Below, piece by piece: positions 19,948 to 30,451 of a DNA stretch of 51,293 nt. The position numbers were made by a program, and so were the translations under genes. This DNA comes from Calditrichaceae bacterium (lineage in GTDB: Bacteria; Calditrichota; Calditrichia; Calditrichales; JBFXGD01): the NCBI GenBank assembly GCA_050178385.1, contig JBFXGD010000005.1, forward strand, positions 1 through 51,293, given 5' to 3'. Positions within the stretch are counted from its first letter, which is position 1, and each line of letters opens with the position of its first letter. The notes beneath the pieces are model-generated. The model was not told the DNA's origin and ran no database searches. It saw nothing but the letters and a program-made list of their open reading frames with translations.

Positions 19948-21096
19948 ATGGATATCATTCTCAAGATAGTTTTCTGGTCATCGCTGACACTTATTATATC
20001 AACATATTTTATTTATCCTTTATTGTTGCTTGTAATTTCAAAAATATGGCCATTTCATGTTCAAAAAAAAGATATTTATCCCTCTGTTTCTGTCATAATA
20101 AGCGCTTATAATGAGGAGAAACATATTGAACAGAAAATTGAAAATACGCTTAATCTGGATTATCCGCGGGAGAAACTGGAAATAATCATCGCGTCCGACG
20201 GGTCAACGGATAAAACCTGTGAGATTGCAGCCAGATTTAAAGAAAAGGGGATTAAACTTCTTGATTTTCAAACAAACAGGGGGAAAGTGATAATTCAGAA
20301 TGAAAGCGTTAAGTCGGCGAGCGGGGAAATAATATTATTTATGGATGCGGCTTCGCTGGTTGACAAGGGATCCCTGCGGAAAATAGTTCAGAATTTCTCG
20401 GATAAAAGGGTTGGCTGTGTGGCAGGAAGAATGGTTTATGTCGATACTGACCTGAATATCACAACAGAAAGCCAGGGACTTTATTGGAAATATGAAAATA
20501 ATATAAGAAATCTTGAATCAATGATCGGGCAAATGATTGGTGTCGACGGTCCGTTATACGCCATTCGCAAAAGCAATTATGTAATGCTGGAGAAAAATAT
20601 CATCAGTGATTTAATTACACCGTTGCTTGTGATTTTACAAGGAAAAAAAGTTGTCCTGGAGCAGCATGCCATCGTAATGGAGGAACCCAATATTCATTCA
20701 GGGCATGAATTTAAGACACGGCGAAGAATAACGCTTCGCGGTCTAAACGGGTTAAGGTCTTTTCCGGAAATGTTGAATCCGTTTAGTCATTTCTCTCTTT
20801 CAATGCAGATAATTTTTCATAAAATATTGAGATGGTTTGTAGGGCCGTTTGTTGGTTTAAATTTTATAACCTCAGTCGCTCTTTCAGGCAATAAATTTTA
20901 TAGTCTGATTTTTGTGGGGTATTGTCTGTTGTTTCTGTTTGCGATAACCGGTTTTATTTTGAATAAAAAAGGCCTGCAATTAAAAATTTTAACGGTTCCT
21001 TATTATTTCATTCTTGTCAATTTATCGGCAACCATGGGAATACTGGATTTTCTCAGACGGAAAGAGATTATCTCATGGAAGCCGGTCAGAGCTTAG
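19948..21096 (+). CDS. Glycosyltransferase family 2, membrane-bound
   Basis: SVIISAYNEE, ASDGSTD, FMDA, GVDGPLYA, RRRIT; N- and C-terminal TM helices. Confidence 0.9.
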   Translation: MDIILKIVFWSSLTLIISTYFIYPLLLLVISKIWPFHVQKKDIYPSVSVIISAYNEEKHIEQKIENTLNLDYPREKLEIIIASDGSTDKTCEIAARFKEKGIKLLDFQTNRGKVIIQNESVKSASGEIILFMDAASLVDKGSLRKIVQNFSDKRVGCVAGRMVYVDTDLNITTESQGLYWKYENNIRNLESMIGQMIGVDGPLYAIRKSNYVMLEKNIISDLITPLLVILQGKKVVLEQHAIVMEEPNIHSGHEFKTRRRITLRGLNGLRSFPEMLNPFSHFSLSMQIIFHKILRWFVGPFVGLNFITSVALSGNKFYSLIFVGYCLLFLFAITGFILNKKGLQLKILTVPYYFILVNLSATMGILDFLRRKEIISWKPVRA

Positions 21097-21122
21097 ATAA
21101 AAATATAGAGAATTGATCAATT

Positions 21123-22118
21123 ATGCCAAAAGCTGTCCTGTTTAAGTCTGAAGAAAGATTTGATGCCTTCGCAAAGAAGTTGGCAGAGTATAATATAGCG
21201 TTTGATGTATTGGATTTCGGAGACAATAGCTGGCTGGAATATGACTTTAGTTCTGCCGACATTTTAATTTATTATCCTACTTTCAAATTCAGCTCAAATC
21301 ACCCGCTTGCGTTGTATGAGGTGTATGATAATTTAATGCATATTAAAATGCTTAATCCATCCATTCGCATGTACCCCGATCCTAAGATCATTCATTTTTA
21401 TAATGATAAATACAAGCAGTATTTATATCTAAATTCAAAAAAACATCCTATGCCCGAAACATATCCATTATACTCAAGTGAATCATTGGATCTCGCAGAA
21501 ATAAAACTGGGTTTTCCAATGATCTTGAAAAACAGATTCGGAGCGGGAGGAGACAATGTTTTTCAGGTAAATTCCAGAAAAGAGCTTGAGAAATACTATA
21601 ATTTATCAAAAATGGATTATTTCAATTTATCGGCCTTCAGTTATTTATTTTCTATGTTTACAAAAAGAATTTTTCTCTATCATCTTATAAAAGAACGAAA
21701 AATGAACTATCCTTTCCTGGCCGTGCCTCTGCTCGCGCAAAAATTTATAGCGCATGACAGGGATATAAAAACGGTAGTTGGAAATCATAAGGTTGTAGAA
21801 GCGCACTGGCGGTTAAAGGCTCAGGATGACATGTGGAAAATGAATATTGATGGAGGCGGCATCGGTCAGTGGAGTAAGATCCCGTCAGAAGTTATCGCGA
21901 TATCTGAAAACCTTGCAAAAGGACTGGATGTGAGCTGGCTGAACATAGATTTTATTAAAGGTGAGAATGGATATATGATTACAGAATTCTCACCGGTTTG
22001 GCACCACTATGCATATAAAGAAAAACCCTCCTTTGTGTATAAGGATGATTATAATATTGATATGCCGCTGGAAAAAGCCCTCGATCTGGAGCGGATCATT
22101 ATCGAATCGATGATTTAA
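21123..22118 (+). CDS. ATP-grasp ligase, RimK-like
   Basis: NDKYKQY, PETY, GFPMILKNRFGAGGDNV, QKFI..DRDIK, WKMNIDGGG, IDFI...ITEFS. Confidence 0.75.
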   Translation: MPKAVLFKSEERFDAFAKKLAEYNIAFDVLDFGDNSWLEYDFSSADILIYYPTFKFSSNHPLALYEVYDNLMHIKMLNPSIRMYPDPKIIHFYNDKYKQYLYLNSKKHPMPETYPLYSSESLDLAEIKLGFPMILKNRFGAGGDNVFQVNSRKELEKYYNLSKMDYFNLSAFSYLFSMFTKRIFLYHLIKERKMNYPFLAVPLLAQKFIAHDRDIKTVVGNHKVVEAHWRLKAQDDMWKMNIDGGGIGQWSKIPSEVIAISENLAKGLDVSWLNIDFIKGENGYMITEFSPVWHHYAYKEKPSFVYKDDYNIDMPLEKALDLERIIIESMI

Positions 22119-22233
22119 GCCGCGCATAATCAAATGTGTAAGCATTCTTCATAATAATTCTCATATTTAAGATTTGGCAACCGTTCATTTTTATTGTTTT
22201 GATGATTCTATGTTCTAAAGGAGATTTGAACAG

Positions 22234-23586
22234 TTGGTTGATTATAACAAGCGTTCTTTTTTAAAAATTTTGGGTACGGGGATTGCTGCATTAATGGCTT
22301 TGATTTTTGCAAAACCATTATTAGGGGGATTTAAAAAATTGTTAAGGGGATTTGCCGAAAGCATAGCGCCGCATGCCAAATTATCATCTATGCAATTCAT
22401 AACCGGATCTCATATAAAGAATCAGACTGACAAGTCAGAGGTTATTGTTTCTTCCGGCGGGACACCGCGGCAAAACGTCGAAAAAGTTATAGAAATGATG
22501 GGTGGTATTCAGAATTATATAGGTGTCTCCGATATTGTTATCTTAAAACCTAATTTACAATGGTGGAATCAGGGGCGGACAAATCTTGCCGCGATGAAAG
22601 CCTTTATTGACATAATTTTAAAAATACCCGGATTTACCGGAGAGGTTATAATTGCCGAAAATCATCATTTTATGGACAGTGCGCTTCCTGAAGGAGAAGA
22701 AGAGAACATAAGGGGATGGGTACATCTTAGTGAAATAAATGGTGATATTGACGGACAAAATCATAATATAAATACGATGATTGATCTTTATAATAAGAAC
22801 AATATTAAAAACATTTCCCGTGCATTCTGGAGAGACGGCGGTCCAAAACGTGATATATTCGGAAACGGACAAAACGGAGGAATTATTAAATCCGCCGCAG
22901 ACGGTGATGGATATGTCTGGACTGATGATGATTTTGAATGTTCAGGACTATGGGGACTCAAGACCTGGAAGGTTAAGATGACTTATCCTGTTTTCACCTC
23001 AAAATTCAGCGGGATTACCATCGATCTGAAGAATGGAGCCTTTCGGCGTTCAAAAGATGGGGAGCTTGAATATTTGCCTGAGACGCCGGTTAAACTGATA
23101 AATTTTGCCGTACTGAACACACATGGTGATGATACAGGCATCACAAGCGCCGTAAAAAATTTCATGGGGATTACCGATCTTTCATGCGGTGACTGGGGCT
23201 TAAAACCGAAGGGGTATTCAAATGTGCATGAGTGCGGGGAACGGTTTTATCCATATGCAAAAGCAGCTCCTATCGGGTATTTCATGAAAAAAATCCGCAA
23301 GGCGGATTTAAATATTGTAACAGCGGAATGGGTGGGCTGGGGTGGTCGAGTTGATCCGGCAAAAGCAGCAAGAATGAAAACTATTATCGCCGGATTAGAT
23401 CCGCTGGCTTTAGATTATTTTGGTGCAAAGCATATTATATATCCATTGACACAAAATAAAGATTATCATGATCCGGATAATCCGAAAAGTTCAGTACGTC
23501 AATTTTTGGATCTGACGCGCAAAACACTCGGCGAAGGGAATCTGGATGAAAACAATATAATCGTAAAACGTCATGAGTTTGCCTGA
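22234..23586 (+). CDS. DUF362-family protein with Tat-like N-terminal signal
   Basis: VILKPNL, LNTH..TGITSAVKNFMG, IIAGLDPLALD; N-terminus NKRSFLKILG followed by a hydrophobic stretch. Confidence 0.7.
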   Translation: MVDYNKRSFLKILGTGIAALMALIFAKPLLGGFKKLLRGFAESIAPHAKLSSMQFITGSHIKNQTDKSEVIVSSGGTPRQNVEKVIEMMGGIQNYIGVSDIVILKPNLQWWNQGRTNLAAMKAFIDIILKIPGFTGEVIIAENHHFMDSALPEGEEENIRGWVHLSEINGDIDGQNHNINTMIDLYNKNNIKNISRAFWRDGGPKRDIFGNGQNGGIIKSAADGDGYVWTDDDFECSGLWGLKTWKVKMTYPVFTSKFSGITIDLKNGAFRRSKDGELEYLPETPVKLINFAVLNTHGDDTGITSAVKNFMGITDLSCGDWGLKPKGYSNVHECGERFYPYAKAAPIGYFMKKIRKADLNIVTAEWVGWGGRVDPAKAARMKTIIAGLDPLALDYFGAKHIIYPLTQNKDYHDPDNPKSSVRQFLDLTRKTLGEGNLDENNIIVKRHEFA

Positions 23587-23618
23587 CGGGTTGAAATCCG
23601 GGAGAAGAAAGCCATCAT

Positions 23619-24680
23619 ATGAGTTACAGCATCATAAAAGCAGATATAGATACCAACAAAGATGATATCATTGGAATCTGGAAAAAGAATTCAGAGCGCG
23701 TAATAACCGGCAGATACGATTGGATTTATAAAAATTGTCCCGGCGGGAAAACGCAGGCCTGGCTGATCAAGGACGATAAATCAGGAGAGTTTGTTGGCGT
23801 AACAGCGCTCTTTCCGGTAAAAATGATAATTCAGGGAGTTTTAAAAAATGCCGCGATTGCCGGTGATTTGTTCATGAATAAAAACCACAGGATTGCCGGA
23901 CCCGCGCTAATGCTTCAGAGAGAAGTAATTTCATCGCTTAAGGGGCAGGCGTTCGATTTGATATACAGTTTCCCGAATAAAGCATCAGAACCTGTTTTAA
24001 AACGAACGGGGTATAAGATTTTAGGAGATAAAATTCGTCTGGTCAAAATACTAAAAACTCAGAATCATTTATCAAGACTGCCGGCGGGAAAGATTTGGGC
24101 ACCCGTGATTGGGCCCATTATTAATTCGATAGCCAGGCTGTGGTCATTTGAGACATGGAAAATAATTTCAGGGACATATCGTACAGAGATTGTAAATAAT
24201 TTTGATGATCGATTTGACAGACTATGGGAACGGGTGGGAACGCGTTTTAGCGGCAGATCTGAGCGGTCACAGGCAATGCTGGAATGGAAATATTTGAAAT
24301 CACCATATAACCAGGAGTTAAAACATTTTATTTTTGCATTGAGCAATGCGCAAGACAAGGAACTTGCTGGCTACATCATTTGCAGAAGGATAGAAAATAC
24401 ATTCGAGATCAGAGATGTCCTGTATGACCGGCATAGTGATTTTGTAAATCTTTTCTCGGGCTTTTTAAAATATGTCAGGCGTTTGAAGGCGGACACTGTG
24501 AGCATGACACTAATGAATAGTGATAACATCTTTATTGAAAATATGAAGAAATTGGGTTTCCATGAGAGAAAAGAAGACGAAAAGGTTCTGATATATCTGA
24601 ATGATTTAAAAGATGAGAGCAGTTATCAGACAACGGATAACAAAGACTGGCTCTTGTTCCAGTGTGAAGATGATATGTAG
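23619..24680 (+). CDS. GNAT-family N-acyltransferase
   Basis: YDWIYKNCP, GDLFMNKNHRIAG, YSFPNKAS, RSQAMLEWKY; length fits a tandem GNAT fold. Confidence 0.75.
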   Translation: MSYSIIKADIDTNKDDIIGIWKKNSERVITGRYDWIYKNCPGGKTQAWLIKDDKSGEFVGVTALFPVKMIIQGVLKNAAIAGDLFMNKNHRIAGPALMLQREVISSLKGQAFDLIYSFPNKASEPVLKRTGYKILGDKIRLVKILKTQNHLSRLPAGKIWAPVIGPIINSIARLWSFETWKIISGTYRTEIVNNFDDRFDRLWERVGTRFSGRSERSQAMLEWKYLKSPYNQELKHFIFALSNAQDKELAGYIICRRIENTFEIRDVLYDRHSDFVNLFSGFLKYVRRLKADTVSMTLMNSDNIFIENMKKLGFHERKEDEKVLIYLNDLKDESSYQTTDNKDWLLFQCEDDM

Positions 24681-24704
24681 TTTGAGATAAAAGGAATTAT
24701 TCAA

Positions 24705-25667
24705 TTGCTGTTAATTAAAAAAATCTTTTCCAACGCTTACCTAAATGCGACAAAAGCAAAATTGAGAGTCATTTGTTATCACAGGGTGAATCGCGGGCAT
24801 GATTATTTTAGTATTGATACAGGCGTATTTGAGAAACAAATTGAGTTCCTCGCGAAACACTACTCAATTATTTCATTTCAGGAATTTTTTAATGTTCTTG
24901 AGGGAAGAAAAGATATCCGGAAGGGGCTTTTGATTACGTTTGATGACGGTTATCATGATTTTTATTCAGATGCATATCCCATTTTGGAAAAATATTCAGC
25001 ACCGGCTGTTGTATTTCTCACGACAAACTTTATAAATCAAAAGATGTGGATGTGGCAGGATCTATACCGATACATCTTTTCTGAAACACTGCTAAAATCG
25101 TTTGATTTTAATGGAAATGGGGTAATTCCAATAAATTCAAATCTGGAAATAATGAACGCGAGAAAAATCATACACGAACATTGTGTTCTTCTGGGAAGGA
25201 AAGATCGTCTTGATTTTTTAATAAATTTAGCAAAAAAATTGAATGTGAAATTGACTGACGCGCCACCCAAAGATTATGCGGCAATGAACTGGGATGAAGT
25301 TCGTGAACTTTCAGGGAAAAATATTGAATTCGGGGCTCATACCCACAGACATGAAATATTGTCCTGCTTAAATATCCAGGATATTCAAAATGAGATTAGC
25401 AAATCAAAAATCCTGATCGAAAAAAATCTTAATAAACCGGTGTCCGCTTTTGCCTATCCTAATGGTTCAAAGCAAGATTTTTCGGATGAAGCCAAATCAG
25501 TTGTAAAAGAGAATGGATTCAAATGTGCTTTTACTATGGTAAGAGGACTTAATGATCAGGCTACGGATAAATTTGAATTAAAGAGATTTAGTAATCCGAG
25601 AAATTTTGACAGAACCTTCAACTCACAGTTATCAGGTATAAATCAAGCCTTTACACATGCCAACTAA
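24705..25667 (+). CDS. Polysaccharide deacetylase (CE4/NodB)
   Basis: CYHRV, ITFDDGY, FGAHTHRH, FAYPNG. Confidence 0.9.
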   Translation: MLLIKKIFSNAYLNATKAKLRVICYHRVNRGHDYFSIDTGVFEKQIEFLAKHYSIISFQEFFNVLEGRKDIRKGLLITFDDGYHDFYSDAYPILEKYSAPAVVFLTTNFINQKMWMWQDLYRYIFSETLLKSFDFNGNGVIPINSNLEIMNARKIIHEHCVLLGRKDRLDFLINLAKKLNVKLTDAPPKDYAAMNWDEVRELSGKNIEFGAHTHRHEILSCLNIQDIQNEISKSKILIEKNLNKPVSAFAYPNGSKQDFSDEAKSVVKENGFKCAFTMVRGLNDQATDKFELKRFSNPRNFDRTFNSQLSGINQAFTHAN

Positions 25668-25758
25668 TGAGAAAAAAAGTTGAATCAATTTTTTTATAGT
25701 CATACCTGATTTTAAAATGATAACTCTTTAAGCTATATAATTCAGGAAATTAATAATC

Positions 25759-26904
25759 ATGAAACAAGATTTATCTGTGCTTTTTATTGACGCGGATGGT
25801 GAATTACCATTGTCGGTTGCCAGGTGTCTTGCGCAACATTCTGATGTGAAACTACATGTTTTCTCGAGATATAGTCAAACTTTATTGCGATATTCAAAAC
25901 ATGTTGATTCCTACTATTCTGAGAAAGTGGAAAACGATCAACAGAGATTAAATTATATTCGCGACGCTGTTCAAATAACGGACGCAGATATAATCATGGC
26001 CGTGAGAGAGCCCTCCATGAGATTTATGGCCGAACACAGAGCCGAGCTTGAAAAAATTGCACATGTTATGCCGCTTCCCGACTTAGATACATTCAATAAG
26101 GTAATTGATAAATGGAAATTATCGCAATTACTAAAAACAAATAATATTCCCGGACCTGAGACAATTCTTTATACAGATGACAAGGAATTTGTAAAATCTC
26201 TGGATCAAATCGCTTTTCCGGCTCTTTTAAAACCCGCGCGTGGTGGCGCGGGTGATCAAATCAGATCATTTAATAAGAAGGAAGAATTACTAAACTATCT
26301 GGACAGAAACAGGAAATATGCAAATAAATTTATTGTTCAGAGCTATATAAATGGTTTTGATATTGACTGCAGTGTACTGGCCAGGGATGGAAAGATTCTC
26401 GCATATACGATACAGAAGGGCATAATTCTGAGGAAATTCACCTATTCTTCCGGCATTGAGTTTGTGCGTCATCCGCTTACCCTGGAAACAGCTGAGCGTA
26501 TCGTATCAGCGACAAACTGGACGGGAGTGGCGCATTTTGATTTTCGATATGACATGGAAGATAAGCAGGTCAAATTAGTTGATTTTAATGCGAGGTTCTG
26601 GAATACCGTAGCGGGTTCTCTTGTTGTCGGCGTGAACTTCCCATACCTGACAATCATGACTGCCCTGGGCGAAAATTTCCCGGTACCAGATTATGAATCC
26701 GGGAAATTTATTATGAGCAAGGCGGTATTTAAGCAAATCGCCAAAAATGTCATAAGCAAACCAGGGGTCCATTTTAAATTCAGTGAAACCGAATTGAAAT
26801 ATGTGTTTTCGGATCCCGTACCTGAGATAAAAAAAATAGCAGGCTCCGCAAAAAAGCTAATTCGAGATACGCTTGAGAAAAAAATATTCAGAATTGTAAA
26901 ATAA
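25759..26904 (+). CDS. ATP-grasp domain protein (carboxylate-amine ligase-like)
   Basis: DKWKL, FPALLKPARGGAG, FIVQSYING, GVAHFDF, DFNARFW, GVNFP. Confidence 0.8.
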   Translation: MKQDLSVLFIDADGELPLSVARCLAQHSDVKLHVFSRYSQTLLRYSKHVDSYYSEKVENDQQRLNYIRDAVQITDADIIMAVREPSMRFMAEHRAELEKIAHVMPLPDLDTFNKVIDKWKLSQLLKTNNIPGPETILYTDDKEFVKSLDQIAFPALLKPARGGAGDQIRSFNKKEELLNYLDRNRKYANKFIVQSYINGFDIDCSVLARDGKILAYTIQKGIILRKFTYSSGIEFVRHPLTLETAERIVSATNWTGVAHFDFRYDMEDKQVKLVDFNARFWNTVAGSLVVGVNFPYLTIMTALGENFPVPDYESGKFIMSKAVFKQIAKNVISKPGVHFKFSETELKYVFSDPVPEIKKIAGSAKKLIRDTLEKKIFRIVK

Positions 26905-27004
26905 AATCAGTCGGTGTTATCGATATTTTGATGGCAAATGCCTTCATTTTAATGTGAAAAGATAGCAGATAAACATTAATAATTTTTGAAAAAAGAGAGT
27001 TTAA

Positions 27005-28915
27005 ATGCCTGGTTTAGCAGGAATATTTTTTAAAAAGAGAATGATGCCTGAGAAAGGCGGCAAAATCCTAAATGAGATGTTACAGAAGATCACGTACCAT
27101 AATAACGATCTCGCAGATTCGTATCATGATGAAAATATCGCTTTGGGCAGAGTCAGTCTGGGCGCGATCAACACAAGTGCACAGCCTTACTGGAGCCATG
27201 ACAGAAGATATTGCCTCTTTATGGACGGGGAAATATTTGATTATGAAGATGAAACGAAGAAGCTAAAATCAAAAGGACTTCTTTTTGAGCGCGGTACGGA
27301 GGAAGAGGTCGCTCTTAGGTTATTTGAATTTTACGGCAAAAAGATGGTAAATCATATTAAAGGTATTTTCGCTCTGGCGATATACGACTTTAAAGAGCAA
27401 AAACTCTTTCTTATAAATGACCGATATGGAATTCGAAAGCTGTATTTCTATGAGAGTTCCGAATACTTCATTTTTTCATCGGAGTTAAAAGCGATTCTTG
27501 TTCCAGGATTTATAAAAAAAAATCTGAATGAAAGTTCAGTCATCGATATGCTGAGTTATCATTTTATCATGGGTGATAAAACATTTTTTAAAGATGTAAG
27601 TTTGCTGCCCCGCGCGTCTTTTTGGGAAATAAATTCGGCAGAAACATACAGATCTCAATACTGGGATTATCCGCGAGAGACACAACTTTCTGATAAATCT
27701 TACCTGGATCTGATGGAAGAGGGAAGTCATTATTTTAGACAGGCAATTCATAGAAGTTTAAAATCAGACAGGAAAATTGGCATTACCTTAAGCGGAGGAC
27801 TTGATTCCAGAATGCTCCTGGCACACTCTTCGGCTGTAAGAGATGATATAATTTCATATCATTTTGGGTTTCCCCGCTGGCCTGAGACAAAAATAGCGGA
27901 AAAAATCGCAAACGCCTGTAAAAGTGAATTCATGTTGTTTGACAATCGCAAATCCAGACTTTCTGACGCGTTTATTAAAGGATCGATTGTTGGTGATGGC
28001 CATTATGCGGTTGAGCAATACATTTATATGCCGTGGATAGACTCGATAGACCAGAGCCGGACAAACTACATTTTTCATGGAATCGGGCCGGATATGCTTT
28101 TTAACCCATATACGCGGGAAGAAAATTTTCTGCTTGAAAAAAAGAAATATATAAAGCGGCTGCCTGATTTACTTTTAGAACATTTTGTGTTTGATACCGC
28201 GGGAAATTTTAATGATATCTTGAGTCCGTATTGGGTAAACAAACTTAGTCATGACCCAAAAGAGCAATTCATGGAAGAAGTCAAAAAATTTGACCCCGTA
28301 GATGTGAATAGTTTCGAATATTATTTTTATTTTAATAATCGCGGACGAAGATATGTTCTTGGCACCTCGGAAGCTCATCGGGGCATGATTGAATATGGGT
28401 TCCCGTTTTTGGACTACGATTTTTTTGACTTCAGCCTTACGATACCGCCGGGTTTCCGATTTGGAAAAAGGCTGTATCGGTCGATTTTTATAAAAGATTT
28501 CCCGGAACTGAGTCGGATCCCTAACGCTCATACCGGTCTGCCGCTGGATAACTATTCTTATAAAAAAAGAAATCGAATTGAGACTTTATCAAAATATCTC
28601 TACTATCTGAACCGTTTAACCAAAGGGAAAATTGATTTCTTCAGTGCCAAGGGCTTCTTTGATTATAAATACAGAAATGATAAAGAACTAAGAAGCCGGA
28701 TTTTGGAAATTTTACTCAATTCTTCAGCTTTGGAACTGGGATTATTTAATAGAAACGGAATAGATAAACTGGACAGAATGCAGATGAGCGGGAAAAATTT
28801 ATACTCGATTTTCAGTTCCCTTGTTACGATCTCCCTTTTTTATTCTGAATTTTTTACTGAGCACACAGCGGTTAAAAATCATCATATGAATAGTATTAAT
28901 ACTATTTCTAATTGA
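27005..28915 (+). CDS. Asparagine synthase-related protein lacking the catalytic N-terminal Cys
   Basis: Starts MPGLAG rather than MCGI; retains DGEIFDY, NDRYGIRKLY, LSGGLDSR, PFLDYD. Confidence 0.82.
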   Translation: MPGLAGIFFKKRMMPEKGGKILNEMLQKITYHNNDLADSYHDENIALGRVSLGAINTSAQPYWSHDRRYCLFMDGEIFDYEDETKKLKSKGLLFERGTEEEVALRLFEFYGKKMVNHIKGIFALAIYDFKEQKLFLINDRYGIRKLYFYESSEYFIFSSELKAILVPGFIKKNLNESSVIDMLSYHFIMGDKTFFKDVSLLPRASFWEINSAETYRSQYWDYPRETQLSDKSYLDLMEEGSHYFRQAIHRSLKSDRKIGITLSGGLDSRMLLAHSSAVRDDIISYHFGFPRWPETKIAEKIANACKSEFMLFDNRKSRLSDAFIKGSIVGDGHYAVEQYIYMPWIDSIDQSRTNYIFHGIGPDMLFNPYTREENFLLEKKKYIKRLPDLLLEHFVFDTAGNFNDILSPYWVNKLSHDPKEQFMEEVKKFDPVDVNSFEYYFYFNNRGRRYVLGTSEAHRGMIEYGFPFLDYDFFDFSLTIPPGFRFGKRLYRSIFIKDFPELSRIPNAHTGLPLDNYSYKKRNRIETLSKYLYYLNRLTKGKIDFFSAKGFFDYKYRNDKELRSRILEILLNSSALELGLFNRNGIDKLDRMQMSGKNLYSIFSSLVTISLFYSEFFTEHTAVKNHHMNSINTISN

Positions 28916-28936
28916 GCATAGGATTACAGGATATAG

Positions 28937-30451
28937 ATGGCTAAAAATTCAAATAATTTGACTGGGGAACTTAAACGCTTAAGTAAGCACAGCGCGACAT
29001 ATGGAATAGCTCAAATACTTAACCGTATCGTCGGATTTTTACTAATCCCCCTTTACACGCATTACCTTACTACAAATGATTATGGTATTCTTCAACTGGT
29101 TGGAATCACCATTGAAATCATTGGAATTGTAATAAGTCTCGGTATTTCTGATGCTATTTACCGGTTTTACTACGATACAGATGACCCGAAAGAGCAAAAA
29201 GCCATTTTTAGTACCGCATTGGTTGGGGTTTTTATCACAACCACCCCATTTTTAATTGCGCTTGTACCGATTTCGGGTAAAGCCGCAGCATGGATACTGG
29301 AAGATTCGAATCAGGGGATTTACATCATTCTGGCCTTAGCGAATCTGTATTTGAGTAATATGGTTGAACTCTTTTATACATATTTACGTGTCAAAGAAAA
29401 GTCACTCATATATTTAATTTTCTCGATAGTAAAAACCACGGCGAATTTATCACTAATAATTTACTTTATTGTTTTTCTTGAAAAAGGATTGATTGGCATC
29501 TTTCTAGGGAATCTAATTGTTTCTGCCGTATTTGCAGTCATTACCATACCTTATCTGATTAAACAGTTTGGAGTGAAGCTGTCTATTCCCGCGGCAAAAA
29601 ACATGCTCAGATATAGTTTGCCGATTATTCCGGCAAATCTGGCTTCGCTAATTGTCAATGCATCCGATCGCTATTTCATCAGGGGGTATCTCTCCGTTGC
29701 CGATGTCGGTATTTATACTCTGGGATACCGGCTGGGAAATGTAATTCATTATTTTATCAGAGTCCCTTTTATGCAGATCTGGGCGCCAAGGCGTTTTGCC
29801 TTATACAAGGAGGGAGCCCACCCGGAAATATTTGCGAAAATAGCCACATACTATATGGCTTTAATGATTTTTTCGGGATTAGCGGTAAGTATATTTGTGC
29901 ATGACATTATCAAAATTATTTCACCCGAGGAATATTGGTATGCCGCCAATTATACTCCGGCAATCGCATTAGCCTATATAATCTACAGCCTTGATACTCA
30001 TGTTGGATTGGGAATATCCATTGTAAAGAAAACAGAATACTGGTCTTATGTTAATTTCGCGATGGCCGGTGTAAATCTAATACTAAACTATGTGTTAATA
30101 TCGAATTACGGTGTTTGGGGAGCTGTTGTATCAACATTCGTATCTATAACATTTAAGGTTGCGGCATTACACCTTATCGGTGATAGATTTTTTCCAATTC
30201 CATTTGAATGGGGACGAATGGCCGGATTTCTGCTTATAGGAGGATTACTTTATTCTCTCAGCAGAATTGTCGTTAAGGATCCATTGTGGCTGGCTTTAGC
30301 ATTAGATACTTTACTTGTAATGGTTTATCCTGTCGCGCTTTGGGGAGTTGGATTGATCTCCGATTTGGAAAAACAAAGAATTAGGGAACTCTCAAAAAAG
30401 TTTTTTTCAATGATTACTGAAAAAATATCATCCGGCCGGGGACGTCAGTAA
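28937..30451 (+). CDS. wzx: Oligosaccharide flippase (Wzx/MOP family)
   Basis: About 14 hydrophobic segments; LLIPLYTHYL..DYG, SDRYFI, VGIYTLG, YGVWGA. Confidence 0.88.
   Translation: MAKNSNNLTGELKRLSKHSATYGIAQILNRIVGFLLIPLYTHYLTTNDYGILQLVGITIEIIGIVISLGISDAIYRFYYDTDDPKEQKAIFSTALVGVFITTTPFLIALVPISGKAAAWILEDSNQGIYIILALANLYLSNMVELFYTYLRVKEKSLIYLIFSIVKTTANLSLIIYFIVFLEKGLIGIFLGNLIVSAVFAVITIPYLIKQFGVKLSIPAAKNMLRYSLPIIPANLASLIVNASDRYFIRGYLSVADVGIYTLGYRLGNVIHYFIRVPFMQIWAPRRFALYKEGAHPEIFAKIATYYMALMIFSGLAVSIFVHDIIKIISPEEYWYAANYTPAIALAYIIYSLDTHVGLGISIVKKTEYWSYVNFAMAGVNLILNYVLISNYGVWGAVVSTFVSITFKVAALHLIGDRFFPIPFEWGRMAGFLLIGGLLYSLSRIVVKDPLWLALALDTLLVMVYPVALWGVGLISDLEKQRIRELSKKFFSMITEKISSGRGRQ

Noticed and set aside
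27005..28915. Lasso peptide cyclase (Cys-less AsnB homolog)
   Set aside because: No precursor peptide, B1/RRE or B2 protease gene nearby; flanked by flippase and EPS genes.
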